64,000 nt of DNA from NCBI GenBank assembly GCA_938008535.1, contig CALLKF010000164.1, positions 10,202-74,201 of the forward strand, in the 5' to 3' direction. This document shows, piece by piece, positions 21,461-31,546 of the stretch. The translations under genes were made by a program, and so were the position numbers. The number at the start of each line of letters is the position of its first letter. The first letter of the stretch is position 1. The notes under the pieces are model-generated. The model was not told the DNA's origin and ran no database searches. It saw only the letters and a program-made list of their open reading frames with translations. This DNA comes from an uncultured Saprospirales bacterium. Its GTDB lineage: Bacteria; Bacteroidota; Bacteroidia; Chitinophagales; JADIYW01.

Positions 21461-22276
21461 TTATTTTTGCTGTACTTTTTTAATACTCAAGTTCATAATA
21501 AAATCTACTAAACCAGGAAAAAACCGTTTTAAAATTAATGACATTTTTCCATCAAATCCTGGAATTATCATTTTTTTATTTTTTTGAATGCCTTTTAAAA
21601 CAGCATTTGCAACAAATTCTGGTTGTAATAATTTGGCATTTCCTGCAATTGCTTTTGTTTCTGCTGGCTTCGTTATATTTTCTGCTTCTAGTCCAGGTGT
21701 ATCTGTATCTGGTGGACATAAAACAGATACGGAAATGTTATAACGTTTTAGCTCTTGACGAAGTGCGTCAGAAAAACCAATGATACCAAATTTTGTCATA
21801 CAATAATCGGTATAACCGAAAACACCAATAAAACCTGCTACAGACGATGTATTCATAATATAACCACCTTTCTGTTTCATGTGAGGCAATATATTATAAA
21901 CGGAATTCCAGGTAGAATATAAATTCGTTTTAATTAACTTATCAAAACTTTCAAACGTAATATTTTCAAAATAATCTGGTTGTGCAATACCAACGCAATT
22001 GATTAAAATATCAGGAATGCCATTTTCTAAAATTGCTTTTTCAAAAACCGTTTTAACATCATTATTATCTGAAGTATCAACGCTGTAATAATATACTTTC
22101 TGCGATTGATTTTTTTGAACAGATTTTATTTCATCGACTGCACTTTCTAGTTTATTTATGGTTCTGGCAAAAATAACTACATTGCTACCTTCTATAGCCA
22201 ATGCTTTGGCAACTGCTAAGCCAATACCAGTAGAACCACCAGTAATAAATGCTGTTTTGTTTTGATAAAAACTCAT
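21461..22276 (-). CDS. Short-chain dehydrogenase resembling 3-dehydrosphinganine (3-ketodihydrosphingosine) reductase
   Basis: 271-aa ORF. Motifs are [12 protein letters not shown] and YCMTKFG (YxxxK). The tail [23 protein letters not shown] closely parallels the [14 protein letters not shown].ET segment I recall from eukaryotic KDSR. Confidence 0.7.
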   Translation of the reverse strand: [271 protein letters not shown]

Positions 22277-22277
22277 G

Positions 22278-23309
22278 CTATTTTTGTTTAAGCTTAGTAA
22301 AATCGAGGGTTTTCATCCATTCCATCGTTTTTGCAAAACCTTCTTTATACGTAACCTTTGGAGTCCAATCTAACTCTCTTTTTGCTTTATCAATGGAAAA
22401 TCGCAAGCGTGAACCTAAATTTTTTACAGTGTATGTTGTGAGCAATGGTCTATCTTTTTGATTAACTAATTTCCCAAAAAATTCCATAACTACAGCAACA
22501 CTATATGCCAACCAATATGGAATTCTCATTTTCACTTCTTTTGCGTTTATTGATTTTGCCAAGCTATTGGTAAATTCTTCCAATGTTGTATGTTCTCCAT
22601 CGTGTATCAGGTAGCCGTTACCAATAGCACGTATATCTTCAGCAATTAACATCAATAAATCAACTAAGTTTTCAATGTAGGTTGGCCAAACAATCGCATT
22701 TTTGCGCATAAAAACCATTTCTTTTTTCAGAACTGCATCTGCTAAATGTGGCACAAATGTTTTGTCGCCAGGTCCGAAAATCCAGCATGGATACACCATA
22801 GTTACTGGTAAGTTTTTTTCTTTATAATATTTCCAGGCAATTTCTTCAGCTATTAATTTTGTATCAGGATAAGGTTCATTCCATGGTGTAAGTGGAAAAG
22901 TTTCATCCATCACTACATCTTCACGCAATCCAAAAACATCATTTGTACTTATTTTCACAAACCTTGATACGTTGGCTTCGCTTGCTGCGCGACAAACATT
23001 TTCGGTTCCATTTATCATCACCTGTTCAAATATCTCACGCTTGCCCCAATCTGAAACAAAAGCAGCACAATGAAAAACAATGTCAATATCATCTGTTAGT
23101 CCTTTTTTTACTTCTTCGTAATTTCTAATATCACCATAAATAATTTCGACATTTTTGTTTTGCAAATTTTTAATTTCAGGATCGTTAGGTAATACAAATG
23201 CTCGTACAACATTTTCTTTTTGCAGATTCGCATTTACTAAATGTGTACCCAAAAATCCTGTTGCTCCAGTAATAAAAACTTTTGTCGGCATATTTTCTAT
23301 ATTTAGCAA
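22278..23309 (-). CDS. NAD-dependent epimerase/dehydratase (3-beta-hydroxysteroid dehydrogenase-like extended SDR)
   Basis: 343-aa ORF with VFITGATGFLGTHL and the YPDTKLIAE catalytic YxxxK motif. Confidence 0.75.
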   Translation of the reverse strand: MLNIENMPTKVFITGATGFLGTHLVNANLQKENVVRAFVLPNDPEIKNLQNKNVEIIYGDIRNYEEVKKGLTDDIDIVFHCAAFVSDWGKREIFEQVMINGTENVCRAASEANVSRFVKISTNDVFGLREDVVMDETFPLTPWNEPYPDTKLIAEEIAWKYYKEKNLPVTMVYPCWIFGPGDKTFVPHLADAVLKKEMVFMRKNAIVWPTYIENLVDLLMLIAEDIRAIGNGYLIHDGEHTTLEEFTNSLAKSINAKEVKMRIPYWLAYSVAVVMEFFGKLVNQKDRPLLTTYTVKNLGSRLRFSIDKAKRELDWTPKVTYKEGFAKTMEWMKTLDFTKLKQK

Positions 23310-23372
23310 AAAAGAGTATGCTGTTTAAAACCAAGTAAATATAAAAAAACAAAAAAATTAGTTAATACAATT

Positions 23373-23792
23373 TTATTTTGTTTTTTTCATCTCTTCCAAC
23401 ATTTGTATAATCTTATCTAGTTTTTCCGTTTCAATTAAATTAAGTTGTTTCTGTAAAGCTTCGATTTCTAATTTTGCATCTAGGTTTGTTTGGTAATCAG
23501 CTTGTGCTTGTGCTCTGTCTCTATCGCTTTGTCGGTTCTGAGCCATCATAATTATTGGTGCAGCATAAGCAGCTTGTGTAGAAAATAATAAATTCAGCAA
23601 GATAAATGGATATGGATCCCATTTTTGAATAAATCCTAAAACATTCAAACCCATCCAAATTATTACAAAAACTGTTTGTATAATTATAAATCGCCATGAA
23701 CCCATGCCAGTTGCTACGGAATCTGCAAGACGTTGACCAAATGAAGACACTTCAATGTGTTCTTCGTGCCAGTTTTTATTTTTTTTTGCCAT
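23373..23792 (-). CDS. DUF1003 membrane protein
   Basis: The ORF-track entry (to 23846) overlaps the upstream gene. The internal start MAKKNKNWHEEH at 23792 sits just after the upstream stop at 23795. The core WDPYPFILLNLLFSTQAAYAAPIIMMAQNRQ is typical of DUF1003. Confidence 0.7.
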   Translation of the reverse strand: MAKKNKNWHEEHIEVSSFGQRLADSVATGMGSWRFIIIQTVFVIIWMGLNVLGFIQKWDPYPFILLNLLFSTQAAYAAPIIMMAQNRQSDRDRAQAQADYQTNLDAKLEIEALQKQLNLIETEKLDKIIQMLEEMKKTK

Positions 23793-23794
23793 TT

Positions 23795-24778
23795 TTATTT
23801 TATTAATTGTTGTAATTCTTTTGTGGTTACTGTAAGTAAACCGCAAGGTGCTAATCTTTTAGTAAGCTCTCTCCAATTTTGATCTTTTGCATAAATTTTT
23901 TGTAACAAAACTGCAGCTTCGCTAACTCTTTTATTATTTGCTAATGTTATAGCTGTCCAATATTGCATTTCCAAATTAGAAGGAAGCAATTTCATTGCTG
24001 ATTTATATGCTTCCATAGCAGCTTTAAAGTCATTTTTTTCAGCAAACAAATCACCTTGATTCATGAATTCATACGCTCTGAATGTTTTTAATAATCGTTC
24101 CAGTTCTTTAATCGGTTCTTTATGGTCATCCACACGCAAATCTATTAAACGGTCTTCCCATGAATTGCCATTGCTACGCGGACGAACTACTATTAATGAT
24201 GCAGATTGTTTGCCACGAATATCACCACCAGCTTTTTGCGCAGCTTTCATTACTTCTATTATTCTTTCAGCCAAAGGTTTTCCAGCATTTTCCAGCCAAG
24301 ACTTTTCCATTGCAGGTACAACTTTATCAGTCAGCATCATATTTGCTTGCACAGAAAAATTTTGTCCGTTTTTATGATCTGCAAATTGAATACATTTTTG
24401 TCCGGTATGTGTTACTACATTTCCAAATGTATCAATAATTGCAACTTGTCGAACCTCTTTTCCAGCATCATCTGCTAATAAAATATTCAATGCTTCCTGA
24501 GGCGTTTTTCCTTGTTTTAATAATTCTAAACCACGAACACCAAACGAAACATTTACAAACGATTGTGTAGCTACAGCACCAACACCAGCTTGTGCCCATG
24601 AAACAACAGTACCAACGCTAAACCAATGCGATTGAACGCCAACTGCAATTTCGCCAGTTTTTTCATCGCGTGCAACAATTGAAAATGTATGTGCAAATGG
24701 TTCTTTACTGAATAATTGTCTAGACATGATATTGTTAATTAGACAAAACGATATAAAAATAAACAACAGACGTTTCAT
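23795..24778 (-). CDS. Secreted DUF1028 (Ntn-hydrolase fold) protein with C-terminal TPR-like region
   Basis: 327-aa ORF with a signal peptide. TFSIVARDEKTGEIAVGVQSHWFSVG is the DUF1028 N-terminal signature. Confidence 0.6.
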   Translation of the reverse strand: MKRLLFIFISFCLINNIMSRQLFSKEPFAHTFSIVARDEKTGEIAVGVQSHWFSVGTVVSWAQAGVGAVATQSFVNVSFGVRGLELLKQGKTPQEALNILLADDAGKEVRQVAIIDTFGNVVTHTGQKCIQFADHKNGQNFSVQANMMLTDKVVPAMEKSWLENAGKPLAERIIEVMKAAQKAGGDIRGKQSASLIVVRPRSNGNSWEDRLIDLRVDDHKEPIKELERLLKTFRAYEFMNQGDLFAEKNDFKAAMEAYKSAMKLLPSNLEMQYWTAITLANNKRVSEAAVLLQKIYAKDQNWRELTKRLAPCGLLTVTTKELQQLIK

Positions 24779-24813
24779 AAAGTCAGATTTTTATTAAAGA
24801 TAGGCAGATTCTG

Positions 24814-25317
24814 TTATATCTTTCCTCTTAAACCTAACTCTATCAATTCCATTTTTTGTGGTTTGCCATTTTCTATTTCAAACCGTAAAATAGTTTTCAT
24901 TTTATGAAAGCCATGCACACCTGCAGCACCTGGATTGATATGCAGTAAATTAAATTTCTCATCACGCATAATTTTTAAAATATGCGAATGACCACAAACT
25001 AAAATATTTGGCTTTTCCTGTTTAATAATTTCGCGCACACGCTGATTATATACGCCAACTGCGCCTGCGATATGTGTAATAAATATTTTACAATTTTCTA
25101 CTTCAAAAATTAAATCTTCCGGAAATTCTGAACGCAATTCGTGTCCGTCAATATTGCCATAAACAGCGCGTAATGGTTTGAAATTTTTTAATTGATCCGT
25201 AACTGTATTTATACCAATATCACCAGCATGCCAGATCTCATCAACATCCTTAAAATAGTCAAACACTTGTTTGTCTAAATAACTGTGTGTGTCAGAAATG
25301 ATGCCTATTCGTGTCAT
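24814..25317 (-). CDS. YfcE/MJ0936-family metallophosphoesterase
   Basis: 167-aa ORF with the motifs ISDTH, HAGDIG, GNIDG and CGHSH. Confidence 0.8.
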   Translation of the reverse strand: MTRIGIISDTHSYLDKQVFDYFKDVDEIWHAGDIGINTVTDQLKNFKPLRAVYGNIDGHELRSEFPEDLIFEVENCKIFITHIAGAVGVYNQRVREIIKQEKPNILVCGHSHILKIMRDEKFNLLHINPGAAGVHGFHKMKTILRFEIENGKPQKMELIELGLRGKI

Positions 25318-26510
25318 TAATTTTTTATCAATTTAGAATAGAAAAAGATTGCTGTAGCACAAAATAAAATAACGATGCACCAAAGCATATTAAAGCCAAA
25401 ATGTTGTGCCACAGCGGAACCTAAGAACGAACCAGAACTCTGTGCAATTGCCCATGTCATTGTCCAAATGCCAGCATATTGACCGCGATTGGTTTCGTCG
25501 GCTCTTGTCATCCAAAAAGAAACTAAAACAGAAAACGCGAAAATTTCGCTCAGTGTAATAAATGTCATGCTTATAAAAGCAACTAAGAAATTTACTTTAA
25601 AAATAACCAAAATTGCATACGCGATAATATGCAATGAAACACCAAAAATAACGGCTTTGCGTTTGCTACAGTTTCTTTCTAAATAATACACCAAAGACAT
25701 TTCAATCAATACAATTAAAATTCCGTTCCACATCATCAATATACCAATTGATCGCTCTGATAGCAACACTTCATTTTTAAAATAGGTGGTAAGATTAGAT
25801 AGCATTTGAAAAAAACTCATGATATAGAGCAATGAAACCAGCACAAATGAAATGAAAACTTTGTCTTTGTGTGCTGACACTTTTACTAGTACATTTTCAA
25901 GTTTATTTACTGCATCTTTTACTATGACAGGTGGCAACAATAAATAAATTAACAGCGCAGCAATCATGTTAGTGATGCCGTCAATCCAAAATAAATATTG
26001 GTAAGAATAGCTTGCTATTAAACCACCTAAACCGCCACCGACAGCCCAGCCTAAATTGAATGATAAACGCATTAATGAAAATGAACGCATGCGGTTTTCT
26101 TCCGTGCTGTATTTTGCCATAGCTGCTGAATTTGCAGGTCGAAAGGCTTCGTTGATCGATCCTAAAATAAAAACACAGATTGAAATAGAATAATAAGTGC
26201 GCAGTTGTCCAAGAACAATAAAAATGCAGCCACCTAAAATTAGTGTTGCTAATTGAACTTTATAAAAACCAATTTTGTCTGTAAGTTTTCCGCCAAGCAA
26301 ACTTCCGAAAATGGCACCGATTCCAAAAAATGCGATCACGCTGCCAGCTTGCGTTAATGTGCAGCCAATTTGTGATGTTAAGTAGATCATTAAAAATGCA
26401 CCAACCATTGTGCCGCATCGGTTCACTAAATTTACAAAAGCAAGCAGCCAGATTTCTTTGGACAAACCTTTGTACGTATTAATATAATATTTGGCAGCAT
26501 TTTCAATCAT
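25317..26510 (-). CDS. MFS transporter
   Basis: 397-aa ORF with about 12 hydrophobic segments and GGKLTDKIG between TM2 and TM3. Confidence 0.75.
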   Translation of the reverse strand: MIENAAKYYINTYKGLSKEIWLLAFVNLVNRCGTMVGAFLMIYLTSQIGCTLTQAGSVIAFFGIGAIFGSLLGGKLTDKIGFYKVQLATLILGGCIFIVLGQLRTYYSISICVFILGSINEAFRPANSAAMAKYSTEENRMRSFSLMRLSFNLGWAVGGGLGGLIASYSYQYLFWIDGITNMIAALLIYLLLPPVIVKDAVNKLENVLVKVSAHKDKVFISFVLVSLLYIMSFFQMLSNLTTYFKNEVLLSERSIGILMMWNGILIVLIEMSLVYYLERNCSKRKAVIFGVSLHIIAYAILVIFKVNFLVAFISMTFITLSEIFAFSVLVSFWMTRADETNRGQYAGIWTMTWAIAQSSGSFLGSAVAQHFGFNMLWCIVILFCATAIFFYSKLIKN

Positions 26511-26553
26511 GTGTTTGTAAAAATAGATAATAGCAAACTAAAAAGAGATGGAA

Positions 26554-27480
26554 TTATTTTATGGCTTCATCAATAAAGCTGATGATCGCTTTAATTTCTT
26601 TTGGCTGAAACCATGTGTAATCTTTGTTTTTATTAAAAAAAGTAAGTTGACGTTTGGCGTATTGACGTGTATGCAGTTTGATCAATTCAACGGCTTCATT
26701 CAAAGTTGTTTTGTCATCTATAAAATCAAATAATTCCTTGTAGCCAACAGTTTGCAGCGCATTGTGAGCTCTGTAGTTATAAACTGATTTTGCTTCTTCC
26801 AGAAAGCCTTGACGCATCATTTCATCAACGCGTGTATTGATATTGTGATGCAATTGGTCTTTAGATAAATTTATACCGATTTTTATTGGCGTAAAATTTC
26901 GATGGACATCATTTTTTCTTTTGAAATAAGAAAATTTTTGCTGTGTGCCAATGCAAACTTCCAGCGCACGAATTACTCGTTGCGGATTTTGTATATCTAT
27001 CGAATGATACGTTTCTTCGTCTAATTCTTTTAGTTTTTGTTGTAATGGTTCGATGCCAAAATCCTTATAATTTTGATTTAATTCTTCACGTATTTTTTCA
27101 TCAATTGTTGGAATTTCATCGAAACCATTTAATATTGCATTGATATAAAAACCGGTGCCACCACAAAGTACGAGTACGTTTTTTGTTTTAAATAAATCAT
27201 CTAATAACGCAATCACTTCTCGCTCATATTCACCTGCTGAGAAATATTCGTCAATGCTTTTGTTTGCAATAAAATGATGTTTGACTTCATTTAATTCGTC
27301 AACACTTGGCCGCGCAACACCAATATTTAATTCTTTAAAGATTTGTCGTGAATCTGCAGAAATAATTTCCGTATCAAAATGTTTTGCAATTTGAATAGCA
27401 ACAGAAGTTTTACCAACGGCTGTTGGTCCTGCGATGATGATTAGAAATTTAGGATTTGAGATTTCTGATTTGAGATTCAT
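26554..27480 (-). CDS. miaA: tRNA dimethylallyltransferase
   Basis: 308-aa ORF with the P-loop AGPTAVGKTS, then SADSRQIF and GGTGFY. Confidence 0.9.
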   Translation of the reverse strand: MNLKSEISNPKFLIIIAGPTAVGKTSVAIQIAKHFDTEIISADSRQIFKELNIGVARPSVDELNEVKHHFIANKSIDEYFSAGEYEREVIALLDDLFKTKNVLVLCGGTGFYINAILNGFDEIPTIDEKIREELNQNYKDFGIEPLQQKLKELDEETYHSIDIQNPQRVIRALEVCIGTQQKFSYFKRKNDVHRNFTPIKIGINLSKDQLHHNINTRVDEMMRQGFLEEAKSVYNYRAHNALQTVGYKELFDFIDDKTTLNEAVELIKLHTRQYAKRQLTFFNKNKDYTWFQPKEIKAIISFIDEAIK

Positions 27481-27488
27481 TTTATTTG

Positions 27489-28907
27489 CTATTTATCAAT
27501 CGTCAAATTCAATTCTTTGCCTTTTTGTATCATCAGCTCAAATGCTTCGTCGTAATCATTTTTTATCACACCATCTAAAATGGAATCTTTAATAAAATCT
27601 TTAATCGTTCCGACTTCGCGTGATGGTTTAATATTAAACGTTTGCATAATAATTTCGCCGGTAATTGGTGGCTGCCAGTTGCGAATATGATCGCGTGCTT
27701 CAACTTCTTTTATTTTCTGTTGCACTAACACTAAATTGGCTTTGTAGCGCTTTACTTTTGTTTCATTTTTAGAAGTGATATCAGCATCGCACAACATCAA
27801 CAAACTTTCCAGGTCATCGCCTGCATCAAACAAAATACGACGAATAGCTGAATCGGTAATGTTTTCTTTAGTTAATGAAATTGGACGCAAATGCAACATC
27901 ACCATTTTTTGCACGAATCGCATTTTTTCGTCTAACGGCAATTTAAATCGTGCAAAAATTTTCGGTGTCCATTTGGCACCAACTACTTCGTGTCCGTGAA
28001 ACGTCCAGCCGTGACCTTCTTCAAACCGTTGCGTTGCAGGTTTTGCTATGTCATGTAAAATTGCAGACCAGCGCAGCCAGAGATCATTCGTGTTTTGTGA
28101 TAAATTGTCAAGTACTTGTAACGTGTGATAAAAATTATCTTTGTGACCTAAATTATCTTTGATTGAAACACCATGCAGTTTCACCATTTCAGGAAAAAAC
28201 TGGTGCAGTAACTTTGTATCGAACAATAATTTGAAACCAGCAGAAGGTGTTTTTGATAAGATGATTTTATTCAATTCATCCGTTATTCTTTCTTGCGAAA
28301 TTATTTTTAATCTATCAGCCAATGGCTCAATATGCTGATACGTATTTTCTTCAATAGTAAAATTTAATTGTGCTGCAAAACGCACTGCACGCATCATACG
28401 CAACGGATCATCGTCGAATGTAATTTTAGGATCTAATGGTGTGCGAATGATACCATTTTTCAAATCTTCTAAACCATTGAACGCATCAATAACTTCACCA
28501 AATTTATTTTTTGATAAATGAATAGCTAACGCGTTAATAGTAAAATCTCGTCTTGAAATATCATCTTCCAAAGTGCCATCTTCTACAATTGGTTTGCGTG
28601 AATCACGTTGATAGGATTCTTTACGCGCGCCAACAAATTCCAGTTCTATATCGTGTAGTTTTATTTGTGCTGTTCCAAAGTTTTTGAAGTAAGCAACATA
28701 CGGTTTTGGCTGGATTTTTTCTGCAATTTTTTTCGCTAATTCAATGCCTGAGCCAACACAAACGATATCTATATCTTTACAATCACGATTTAAAATTTTG
28801 TCACGCACGAAACCACCAACAGCATACGCATCGATGTTTAATTCATCGGCACTTTGCGCTACAAGTTGCAGTAATTCATTTTCTCTTTCTGTAAAATTCA
28901 AAGTCAT
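27489..28907 (-). CDS. CCA-adding tRNA nucleotidyltransferase / poly(A) polymerase family protein with HD domain
   Basis: 472-aa ORF. Motifs are GGFVRDKILNRDCKDIDIV, RRDFTINA and the HD region LHDIAKP. Confidence 0.8.
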   Translation of the reverse strand: MTLNFTERENELLQLVAQSADELNIDAYAVGGFVRDKILNRDCKDIDIVCVGSGIELAKKIAEKIQPKPYVAYFKNFGTAQIKLHDIELEFVGARKESYQRDSRKPIVEDGTLEDDISRRDFTINALAIHLSKNKFGEVIDAFNGLEDLKNGIIRTPLDPKITFDDDPLRMMRAVRFAAQLNFTIEENTYQHIEPLADRLKIISQERITDELNKIILSKTPSAGFKLLFDTKLLHQFFPEMVKLHGVSIKDNLGHKDNFYHTLQVLDNLSQNTNDLWLRWSAILHDIAKPATQRFEEGHGWTFHGHEVVGAKWTPKIFARFKLPLDEKMRFVQKMVMLHLRPISLTKENITDSAIRRILFDAGDDLESLLMLCDADITSKNETKVKRYKANLVLVQQKIKEVEARDHIRNWQPPITGEIIMQTFNIKPSREVGTIKDFIKDSILDGVIKNDYDEAFELMIQKGKELNLTIDK

Positions 28908-28961
28908 TTGAACGCAAAGATAAGATTAGTAATGAGTAGAAAGTAGTAAGTAGAAAGAAAG

Positions 28962-29531
28962 TTATCGCAAATATTCGATTGAATTGTCTGTGTTTATTCT
29001 TATGAGTTTAGATGGTTGTTTGTAAGTAGATGTATCATGTCTTCTTTCTACAATAAAATCCACTTTATCTTTTATTTCAGATGAAATTTGTCCAAATTCT
29101 AATGGCGTTTTTTCACCGGAAATATTGGCTGATGTGCTGATGATTGGCTTGCCAAATTCACGAATTAATTGCTGACAGAATTTGTGTTTTACTAAACGTA
29201 TAGCAACCGTATTGTCTTCGTTAATTACATTTTTTGCCAAGCCTAAAGGATTTGGATAAATGATAGTTGTAGGAACTTTTAAAGAAAAAATCAGCGACTC
29301 AATTTCATTGGTTATGTTTACATGCTTTTCTAATGTTTCGATGGAATCTACTAAAACAATCAAACTTTTTTCTTTTGGTCGTTGTTTGATTTCAAAAATT
29401 TTATCGACAGCATCTGCGTTGCTTGCATCGCACCCAAGACCCCAAATGGTATCAGTTGGATACAATAAAATATTGCCTTCTATCAAGTGGTTGATACAGC
29501 GAATTAAATGACTGTCTAATTTAACTTTCAT
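28962..29531 (-). CDS. L-threonylcarbamoyladenylate synthase (YrdC/TsaC-type)
   Basis: 189-aa ORF with YPTDTIWGLGCDA and SANISGE motifs. Confidence 0.8.
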   Translation of the reverse strand: MKVKLDSHLIRCINHLIEGNILLYPTDTIWGLGCDASNADAVDKIFEIKQRPKEKSLIVLVDSIETLEKHVNITNEIESLIFSLKVPTTIIYPNPLGLAKNVINEDNTVAIRLVKHKFCQQLIREFGKPIISTSANISGEKTPLEFGQISSEIKDKVDFIVERRHDTSTYKQPSKLIRINTDNSIEYLR

Positions 29532-29548
29532 AGAAAATACAAAACCAT

Positions 29549-30664
29549 TTACGCAAGACTTTTATAAACACGCATCATTTTTTCCGTCATTTTTTCCGGA
29601 TTGAATTTTTGAACTTGATGAATTGATTTTTGTTTGATCTCGGCTGCTAATTCTAAATTGTAATAAATAAAATTGATGGCTGCCGAAATTTCTTCCACAT
29701 TCATCGGATCAACAAAGATGCAAGCATCACCGCCAACTTCAGGCATAGATGAAATGTTGCTGGTGATGACCGGTTTGCCGCAGCGCAAAGCTTCCAAAAT
29801 GGGCAACCCAAATCCTTCGTACAAACTCGGATACACTAAGCCTTGCGACATATGATAAATGATCGGCAATTCGTACCAAGGCAAATCTTTCAGAAAAAAA
29901 ACACGACCTTCCAAGCCATTTTCATAGATAAAATTTTCTGAATTCTGATAATCGTCACCACCATTTGAAATCGCAACCAAATGCTTGTCGGAATTTTCCG
30001 GTAATGTCATCGCTTTTAAGATGTTGATGAAATTTTTTCGCTTATTCAACGCACCAACAAACAATACAAAATCGCGCGGCAAGCCATATCGCGCAAAATA
30101 TTCATCCTTTAAAACATAATTACATTCGTACTCATATTCTTTATTCCATGTTGGATAAACCACATGAATTTTTTCTTCAGGAACTTTAAATAATTCCATC
30201 AAGTCTTGCTTTGTTTGCTCACTAACTGCAATAATGGCATCAGCAATATGACATGCTTTTTTTGTTTTATACGCATACATTTGACGGTCAATAAATGGAA
30301 ATGTTTTTGGTAATTTTTGAAAGATAACGTCATGAATCGTTACCACTTTTTTCATTGGTTGTGGTAAGTCAGGCACTTCAGCACTCAAGCCATGATAGAT
30401 ATTAATTCCATGTTTAAAGATATCTTCTTCAACGCCTTTAAACCGCCAAAGATCAGCACTGAACGCGTCAGAAATTACAGTTCGGTCAACGTATTCTTTG
30501 TATTTGTACGGACTGTCTTCAAAATATTTTTGATGAACAAAAATCTTGTATTCTTCATTTGGGAAAAACTGTAATAATCGATTAAACAGTGTTCGCGAAT
30601 AATTTCCTAAACCTGTTTTATTATCGTATAAACGTTTTCCGTCGAAACCTATAGTTAATGGCAT
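29549..30664 (-). CDS. Family 4 (GT-B) glycosyltransferase
   Basis: 371-aa ORF. PSLYEGFGLPILEALRCGKPVITS is the GT4 EX7E region. Confidence 0.8.
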   Translation of the reverse strand: MPLTIGFDGKRLYDNKTGLGNYSRTLFNRLLQFFPNEEYKIFVHQKYFEDSPYKYKEYVDRTVISDAFSADLWRFKGVEEDIFKHGINIYHGLSAEVPDLPQPMKKVVTIHDVIFQKLPKTFPFIDRQMYAYKTKKACHIADAIIAVSEQTKQDLMELFKVPEEKIHVVYPTWNKEYEYECNYVLKDEYFARYGLPRDFVLFVGALNKRKNFINILKAMTLPENSDKHLVAISNGGDDYQNSENFIYENGLEGRVFFLKDLPWYELPIIYHMSQGLVYPSLYEGFGLPILEALRCGKPVITSNISSMPEVGGDACIFVDPMNVEEISAAINFIYYNLELAAEIKQKSIHQVQKFNPEKMTEKMMRVYKSLA

Positions 30665-30688
30665 TGTTCTTACTACTTTATTTTCATA

Positions 30689-31504
30689 CTATACAGACAA
30701 ATCAAAATCTCTCAATGCATCATTTAAAGAAGTCTTGGTATCGGTGCTTTCTTTTCTTTTTCCGATAATTAATGCGCATGGCACCTGGTAAATTCCTGCA
30801 GGAAATTGTTTTGGAATGGTTCCTGGAATGACTACACTTCTTGCAGGCACCACTCCACGATATTCTTTTGGCTCGCTACCTGAAACATCAATGATTTTTG
30901 TGGACATAGTTAAAACTACGTTTGCACCTAATACAGCTTCTTGTTCTACTCGAACACCTTCTACAACAATGCATCTTGAGCCAATAAAACAATCATCTTC
31001 TATAATAACAGGTGCAGCTTGCACTGGTTCAAGAACGCCGCCAATACCAACGCCACCACTTAGATGAACATTTTTGCCAATCTGCGCACAACTGCCAACT
31101 GTTGCCCAAGTATCTACCATTGTTCCGCTATCAACATATGCACCAATATTTACATAAGATGGCATCATAATAACACCTTTAGCTAAAAATGCACCGCGAC
31201 GAGCAATTGCGTGTGGAACCACACGAACACCTAATGCAGCATAATTTCTTTTCAATGGAATTTTGTCGTGAAATTCAAATGGGCCAACTTCAATTGTTTC
31301 CATTTTTTGTGTTGGAAAATAAAGAATCACCGCTTTTTTGATCCAGTCGTTAACATGCCAGTCGTTATTTATTTTTTCAGCTACACGCAATTTCCCTAAG
31401 TCTAATTGCGTTATTACTTCGTTGATAGCATCTAAAGTGGCAGCATCTTGTAATAAAGTTCTGTCATTCCACGCTTTTTCTATAATTTGTTTAATATCGT
31501 CCAT
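30689..31504 (-). CDS. dapD: 2,3,4,5-tetrahydropyridine-2,6-dicarboxylate N-succinyltransferase
   Basis: Contains left-handed beta-helix hexapeptide repeats. I chose the start at MDDIKQIIEKAW (31504) rather than the track start at 31528. Confidence 0.85.
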   Translation of the reverse strand: MDDIKQIIEKAWNDRTLLQDAATLDAINEVITQLDLGKLRVAEKINNDWHVNDWIKKAVILYFPTQKMETIEVGPFEFHDKIPLKRNYAALGVRVVPHAIARRGAFLAKGVIMMPSYVNIGAYVDSGTMVDTWATVGSCAQIGKNVHLSGGVGIGGVLEPVQAAPVIIEDDCFIGSRCIVVEGVRVEQEAVLGANVVLTMSTKIIDVSGSEPKEYRGVVPARSVVIPGTIPKQFPAGIYQVPCALIIGKRKESTDTKTSLNDALRDFDLSV

Positions 31505-31546
31505 AAAAATTCCGAAATTTGTCGTCAAAATTAAATATTTAAAGTT

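Noticed and set aside
27451-27480. Similar GATTTGAGATT-type tandem words at the miaA 5' end (27451-27480) and inside serS (58705-58736)
   Set aside because: Both lie in coding sequence (MNLKSEISNPK and LESQISNLESQI). The similarity is short and low-complexity, so it is most simply coincidence.
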